Positions 44,985 to 49,507 of a DNA stretch of 49,507 bases are shown here, piece by piece. Positions within the stretch are counted from its first letter, which is position 1. Each line of letters starts with the position of its first letter. Location of the stretch: NCBI GenBank assembly GCA_026982235.1, contig JALSHM010000397.1, positions 1 through 49,507 of the forward strand, written 5' to 3'. The position numbers and the translations under genes were made by a program. A model generated the notes under the pieces. That model saw only the letters and a list, made by a program, of their open reading frames with translations. It made no database searches and was not told where the DNA came from. The stretch comes from Robiginitomaculum sp. Its GTDB lineage: Bacteria; Pseudomonadota; Alphaproteobacteria; Caulobacterales; Maricaulaceae.

Positions 44985-45434
44985 ATGGAACAGACGAAAT
45001 ACGCAAATTTAAAACATCAACACGGATATACGTTGACCGAGCTACTCGTCGTTTTGGTCATCATCTCCTTGCTCACAGCCATCATAGCGCCGCGCCTAAT
45101 AGGTCGTATCGGTAAAGCCAAATCAACAACCGCCCGCACCCAAATAGAAAATCTAATCAGTGCGCTTGATATATACCAACTGGATATGGGAGAGTATCCA
45201 AGCACAGAACAAGGCTTAGCCGCACTCATAATCAAGCCGGAACTCGGTGAAGAACAATCAAATCTATGGTCCGGCCCATATATGCGCAGAGGCAAAGTCC
45301 CAAAAGACCCCTGGAAAAACCCGTTCATCTATACAAGGTCAGTTGACGGCGAAACAATCCTAGTAAAATCTTTAGGTAAAGATGGCCAAATAGGCGGTGA
45401 AGGCGAAAACCGTGACATTACGAGTGATGATTGA
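44985..45434 (+). CDS. gspG: GspG major pseudopilin
   Basis: Leader ...QHG/YTLTELLVVLVIISLL, followed by the canonical GspG core (AKSTTARTQIENLISALDIYQLDMGEYPSTEQGLAAL...DPWKNPFIY...SLGKDGQIGGEGENRDI). Confidence 0.92.
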   Translation: MEQTKYANLKHQHGYTLTELLVVLVIISLLTAIIAPRLIGRIGKAKSTTARTQIENLISALDIYQLDMGEYPSTEQGLAALIIKPELGEEQSNLWSGPYMRRGKVPKDPWKNPFIYTRSVDGETILVKSLGKDGQIGGEGENRDITSDD

Positions 45435-45521
45435 TTTGTTTTAATTAATTTCTAAAAGGGGTTGTGGTTGTGATATGTTTTTGTTAACTATAACTTGGGT
45501 GAAGAGATTGGGGATTCGGAT

Positions 45522-46232
45522 ATGCGAATATTTAGGTTTAGGCTTGGTTCATATTTTAATGTATTAAGCTACTTGATTGTTTGTTTCTCTTATACCGTAG
45601 TTTTTACGCCAACCGCATCCGCTGAATGCTATACATATGATGATCTGGGTCGGCTCATCACAGTCGTTTATGACAATGATGGTGCGACAGGGGACAATGC
45701 CAAGCGACAGTATAATCTTGATAAGCACGGTAATCGAAAAACAGTTGAGGATGCCATTATTGGTGGCGGTGTTTGTGCCCAACCGACAGGTAGCACAACG
45801 CAGGGGGCAGATGGTGCCGCTGATGTAGATTATGGGGCTTCCGCAAATGCCAGCGCGGAGCCGCCGAGTAATGTTCCGCCCATAGCCAATGATGATGTAA
45901 TAGCCGTTGAGGTCAATAGCAGTATTACTGTGACGCCTTTGGATGATGACACGGATGCTAACTCGACCGATGTGTTAGTCTTGGCAGGGTTTGTTAATAA
46001 TAATGCGTCTTTGATCAGTGTCTCGCAATCAGGGAATTCAATCTTTGTGACTGCATGGAGTAGCGCGGGCACGGCCACCATTACCTATACGATTAGCGAC
46101 GGCAATGGCGGTACAGATACGGGATTGATTAGTGTGACGATTACGGACGCTTCTGGTGGTATTTCCAGTGGGGATCCTTGCCTGCTTGATCCTAGTCTAG
46201 CAGGGTGCGGAGGAGGTGTCGGCAATCAATGA
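45522..46232 (+). CDS. Secreted protein with YD (Rhs-type) repeats and a cadherin/Ig-like domain
   Basis: I place the start at the ATG at 45522. The signal peptide ends TASA/E. YD-repeat motifs are YTYDDLGRLITVVYDN and YNLDKHGNRKTV. A cadherin-like block follows (PIANDDVIAVEVNSSITVTPLDDD...ATITYTISDGNGGTDTGLISVTI). Confidence 0.65.
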   Translation: MRIFRFRLGSYFNVLSYLIVCFSYTVVFTPTASAECYTYDDLGRLITVVYDNDGATGDNAKRQYNLDKHGNRKTVEDAIIGGGVCAQPTGSTTQGADGAADVDYGASANASAEPPSNVPPIANDDVIAVEVNSSITVTPLDDDTDANSTDVLVLAGFVNNNASLISVSQSGNSIFVTAWSSAGTATITYTISDGNGGTDTGLISVTITDASGGISSGDPCLLDPSLAGCGGGVGNQ

Positions 46233-46290
46233 TGGTTAAGTGTGCAATAAGCCGTGTCATACACATTTTGACCTGCGCTGGGGCGGAGTT

Positions 46291-46833
46291 ATGAGCGACC
46301 AAGCTTGGAAAGTGCTGGCTGGTGCCGTTATTGTTGCTCTGGCAATATTTGCTGTGCTGCAATTTGGGCATATGGGGCGTAAGAAAGCGTTTAGGCAAGA
46401 CAGTGGTGACGCTACAGTGACAGAGACACAGCAAAGTACAAATAGCCCTAGCAAGCCCATGTCCATGCAAAGGGCAGAGCAGCAAATTGATATTGTACAG
46501 GCTGAACAAGTCGCGGAATCAGATATTGAGGCCATGGCCACCGAACAAGAAGGTTTGGCACCGCTTGAACAAGATGCCCGCCTTTATGCCAAAGCAACAG
46601 CCAATATGGGCATTACCCAGATCCGCGCCCTCCAACAAAGTAGGCAGGGGGTAATTGTGCGCGATATAAATGGACACCTTATCCCTCCATACGCAGAGCG
46701 TGAACTATGTAATGCTAACAAGAAATGTAAAACAATCATAACCAACACAAAAACAGGCGTAACTGTCTGGGATGGCAGTTGGAAAGGTGGGATACACCCA
46801 ACAGGAATTGGTAAGGAAGTGGTAAAAAAATGA
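46291..46833 (+). CDS. Membrane-anchored hypothetical protein
   Basis: I place the start at the ATG at 46291 after GGCGGAG. It has one N-terminal TM (WKVLAGAVIVALAIFAVLQ). Its stop overlaps the start of the next large ORF. Confidence 0.5.
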   Translation: MSDQAWKVLAGAVIVALAIFAVLQFGHMGRKKAFRQDSGDATVTETQQSTNSPSKPMSMQRAEQQIDIVQAEQVAESDIEAMATEQEGLAPLEQDARLYAKATANMGITQIRALQQSRQGVIVRDINGHLIPPYAERELCNANKKCKTIITNTKTGVTVWDGSWKGGIHPTGIGKEVVKK

Positions 46834-49507
46834 TGATGAGAAATTTAATGAGAGTTTTGATTGTTGGCAAAAACATATCGGCATTAATAGTTTTGATGGT
46901 TTTGTGCTCATTCAATTCACTTGCAGGTGTACCACATGCTGCTTTTGACGCCGGTCGGTCCGTAAATCTCGCGGAAGCCCAACAGTATTTTACCACAGAT
47001 GAAACGAACAAACCCAGTACAAGTGTTAGAACTGCACACATAACAAATAGTGACTTAGATAATTTGTTGGCTCTAACTGCTAAAGGTTTAAATTATGATC
47101 CTGAAAGAATTTACGAGTTTGTCAGGAATAACGTAAATTTACATCCTGTATTTGGTGAAAGTAAGGGCGCTTACGGTGCCCTCATCGATTTTGAAGGTAC
47201 AGCATTTGATCAGTCTAGATTAGCTATGTTACTTTTACATGAAAGTGATGGAAAGCATAATCAAAGTATCTCTGCAAAAATCCATATAGGTAAAGTAACG
47301 CTAACGCCCTCGCAATTATCTAGTTGGTTGGGTGTTTATGATAAAAAAATGGCATGTAGATATTTTGCTAATGGTGGAATACCTTCTTCTTTAGCTAATT
47401 GTGGAGTATTATCAGGTAATGTAACATCGAATGTTGATATTGCTCATGCCTGGATTGATGTCACTATTAATGGTCAAGTAGAACGGTGGGACTTAGCCTT
47501 CAAAGAAATGGATTATTTGCCCAAACTAGGAAATTTAAGAAGTACCGCTAGAAATAATAGTGAGGTTCCTGCACAAAAATTGCTTATTGGAGCAGAAAAA
47601 AACTTTGACGGTTTAGTCCCATATATTAGGGGAATAAACAAAAATGGCTTGATGAACGATTTAACGGATGCGTCGATAGGTTTGGATGCTTTTCTTAAGT
47701 CAAATGACAATTATTCTAGGCAATTGGATGATGTTGTTGGTGGCCACAAGATCGTCAGGTATAAAAATGGAATGAGCAAAGCGCCATTAAGCAATTACAC
47801 AACTTGGTCGGCAGGGGGGTATCAAGATATTCCAGATATATACAGGATAATATTGGATTTGGATGTATGGTCAGTCGGCTATCCCGCTAATCCTGACTAT
47901 TCTGGGCATACAGCAGAGAATCTAATTAGCTCTATATTGTCAGCAGATGAAGTATATGGTCGTCTGTTTCGGATTAAGGCCCGGACTAATTGTAATGATG
48001 GTATGTCAGGCGATGATATTCATATAACAGGCTCATATTGTCTCATGTTAAGTGTTGGTGATACCAATGTTGTCGAAGTTATGCGCGACACGATGTTCAT
48101 GATTCCGTCTGCTTTTGGCAAAGAGGTACCTAGTTTAAAGAAAAATATTGATATCACTATAGCCTACAATCATCCCTATGCTAACAGCTATAGTAGTTCT
48201 CAAACAAATGCTGGAGATTTTCAAGATGGGCACATTATAAAAAGGGCTTCGGTTCTGTCGGATACAATAATAGTTAATGGCTGGGGAGCGACTTCAGCCG
48301 ATCTTATAGCTATGTGGAATAAACGTTTGGGGCGAGATGGAAAACCGCCTAGTTTTGGACATCCCTGCGGAATTTCAGACCCGGAAGTTACGAGAGATTA
48401 TAGCTGTTTAAAGCCAAGACGTGCATCGAATATAGTAAGACATAAGCTAGCAGCGTCCTATTTATCACAAAGTAGTTTGTTTTATGACATGTTAGCATCA
48501 TTAAGTACTACGAATATTATCCATCATAGAACAATTGGATTTGTTTATGGAACTCATGTTGTGAAAGATATGAACCAAGCTCAACCTACAGGAGGTGTAG
48601 GTACACCCGTTGCAGCCACAAATGCACCATACTTCACTTCTGCTGACGACAGTATATATTTTGATATCCGCCCCTCTTGGAATGTTATTTCTGACACCAA
48701 CAATTCGAATATTGAGACTAGTGTGAAAAGAAGTTTGGCGGTCATATCATCTGCGCTTGAAGGGTTAGTGTTCAAACACGTACTTGGTTCCTATGATGTG
48801 GTTACCACCGGAAGCAAATTTGCTTGGGCAAGTTCAGGGCCACCAAGAGATACGGATGGGCCGGCTAGAAAGCTCTTTAATGGCGACTTTGTTGATGATT
48901 CTGATGCACCATTTCCCTATACTATTCCCAAGTTTTATCTTTTTAATCCCAGCAATTATTCTATTGAGGTAGCAGGGAATTTACTAACAGAAGAAAACTA
49001 TTTACGACTACCCGGGGGAGTTTTTCTGGGCCTGCCCCACCCAAAACTTTTATCAATTTTTCAATTAGATAAGTATATAGCGAGTGGTTATTCCGTCGTG
49101 ATGCCGTCAGAAACTTTTTTGGGCCCCGGGCCTGTCAAAGGAACTACGCTGGGTATTTATACAAGAGTGAGTTGCTTGAATTATGGGGCTGTTGGTGGTG
49201 GCGGATGCGCAACAACGAGGACGCAAGTGCATAACCCTCATCCGAGCCGTGGCAGTGCGATGGTGGCTTGGAATTCGGACACTAGCAAAATCGGGCACGC
49301 TATCGTTAGACGTTTTGGGGTTGTTAAGGGAGGGGGTGCGTCTTTTGCTCCAGGTGAAATAGCACAACCTAAACCACCAAAGGCTGATACATTCATTGAC
49401 CCATCTGATAAATTAAAGCTTGCCTATGGAGTTGACACAAAGAGTGGTTCTTTCTCATACAGCACTCCAGAAATGGTTGTTGGTGAAGGCACCGGCCGAA
49501 ATAGCTT
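46830..49507 (+). CDS. Large secreted protein (at least 892 aa, 3' end outside the window) with a transglutaminase-like core and an Rhs-type motif at the window edge
   Basis: Frame 3 is open from ATG 46830 to the window end, checked codon by codon. The ORF is absent from the track because it has no stop. The N-terminus is signal-like (MMMRNLMRVLIVGKNISALIVLMVLCSFNSLAG). See the corresponding finding for the TGase-like block. The last residues, GVDTKSGSFSYSTPEMVVGEG, resemble the start of Rhs cores. Confidence 0.8.
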   Translation, partial: MMMRNLMRVLIVGKNISALIVLMVLCSFNSLAGVPHAAFDAGRSVNLAEAQQYFTTDETNKPSTSVRTAHITNSDLDNLLALTAKGLNYDPERIYEFVRNNVNLHPVFGESKGAYGALIDFEGTAFDQSRLAMLLLHESDGKHNQSISAKIHIGKVTLTPSQLSSWLGVYDKKMACRYFANGGIPSSLANCGVLSGNVTSNVDIAHAWIDVTINGQVERWDLAFKEMDYLPKLGNLRSTARNNSEVPAQKLLIGAEKNFDGLVPYIRGINKNGLMNDLTDASIGLDAFLKSNDNYSRQLDDVVGGHKIVRYKNGMSKAPLSNYTTWSAGGYQDIPDIYRIILDLDVWSVGYPANPDYSGHTAENLISSILSADEVYGRLFRIKARTNCNDGMSGDDIHITGSYCLMLSVGDTNVVEVMRDTMFMIPSAFGKEVPSLKKNIDITIAYNHPYANSYSSSQTNAGDFQDGHIIKRASVLSDTIIVNGWGATSADLIAMWNKRLGRDGKPPSFGHPCGISDPEVTRDYSCLKPRRASNIVRHKLAASYLSQSSLFYDMLASLSTTNIIHHRTIGFVYGTHVVKDMNQAQPTGGVGTPVAATNAPYFTSADDSIYFDIRPSWNVISDTNNSNIETSVKRSLAVISSALEGLVFKHVLGSYDVVTTGSKFAWASSGPPRDTDGPARKLFNGDFVDDSDAPFPYTIPKFYLFNPSNYSIEVAGNLLTEENYLRLPGGVFLGLPHPKLLSIFQLDKYIASGYSVVMPSETFLGPGPVKGTTLGIYTRVSCLNYGAVGGGGCATTRTQVHNPHPSRGSAMVAWNSDTSKIGHAIVRRFGVVKGGGASFAPGEIAQPKPPKADTFIDPSDKLKLAYGVDTKSGSFSYSTPEMVVGEGTGRNS

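Noticed and set aside
35706-45434. Interpretation of the cluster as a type IVa pilus, MSH pilus or competence pseudopilus
   Set aside because: A GspK-type protein is present, and the GspG core with its DGxxGGEGxxxD calcium-site pattern is canonical. A GspL-like fusion and a GspM-like protein are also present, while PilT-type retraction ATPase and PilQ-associated PilMNOP genes as separate units are absent. This favours a T2SS. Profile searches should confirm it.
1-49507. CRISPR arrays, rRNA genes, complete tRNA genes, retron or reverse-transcriptase genes, prophage structural genes
   Set aside because: No regularly spaced repeat array, rRNA-like sequence or phage morphogenesis ORFs were seen while reading both strands. 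The only tRNA-like sequence is the 45-nt fragment at 4587-4631.

Overview
The window is almost entirely mobile DNA: Trb-type (MPF-T) integrative conjugative element (ICE) territory. It carries the DUF736, DUF2274, DUF2840 and DUF2285 accessory genes that, in my experience, are typical of alphaproteobacterial ICEs.

Layout:
- 1-1127 (+): tail of one trb operon (trbI C-terminus, DUF2274, DUF736).
- 1.2-4.3 kb: an AbiEi/AbiEii toxin-antitoxin pair and two unassigned genes.
- 4587-4631: a 45-nt tRNA-Arg(CCG) 3' fragment next to a P4-type tyrosine integrase. This marks an att junction.
- 4.6-35.4 kb, mostly minus strand: a second, related ICE backbone. In order it contains a ParE-like TA pair, an IS481-like IS, an excisionase-like HTH gene, DUF736, DUF2274, trbI-G-F-L-J-E-D-C-B, an RHH regulator and traG. 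Then comes a cargo insert (hipBA plus a P-loop/deaminase anti-phage gene coupled to an unknown 171-aa ORF). It continues with the relaxase, TraF peptidase, DUF2840, an HTH gene, a DUF2285 activator, DUF736, an IS3 scar with a periplasmic-protein gene, and a ParB-like gene. It ends with two small ORFs and ardA, which is preceded by a ~180-bp bulged hairpin.
- 35.7-45.4 kb (+): an 11-gene, non-canonically ordered type II secretion-like cluster (gspE-F-H-I-J-L-M-C-D-K-G).
- 45.5 kb to the window end: a secreted YD/cadherin-like protein, a membrane-anchored protein, and an AT-rich secreted ORF of at least 892 aa. This last ORF runs off the window and is missing from the supplied ORF track.

Best candidates for something new:
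- the ICE-embedded, rearranged T2SS with its putative Rhs-like substrate genes;
- the deaminase plus 171-aa two-gene module;
- the hairpin upstream of ardA, which may be a single-strand promoter.

All family assignments come from motif recognition by eye. No database search was run.
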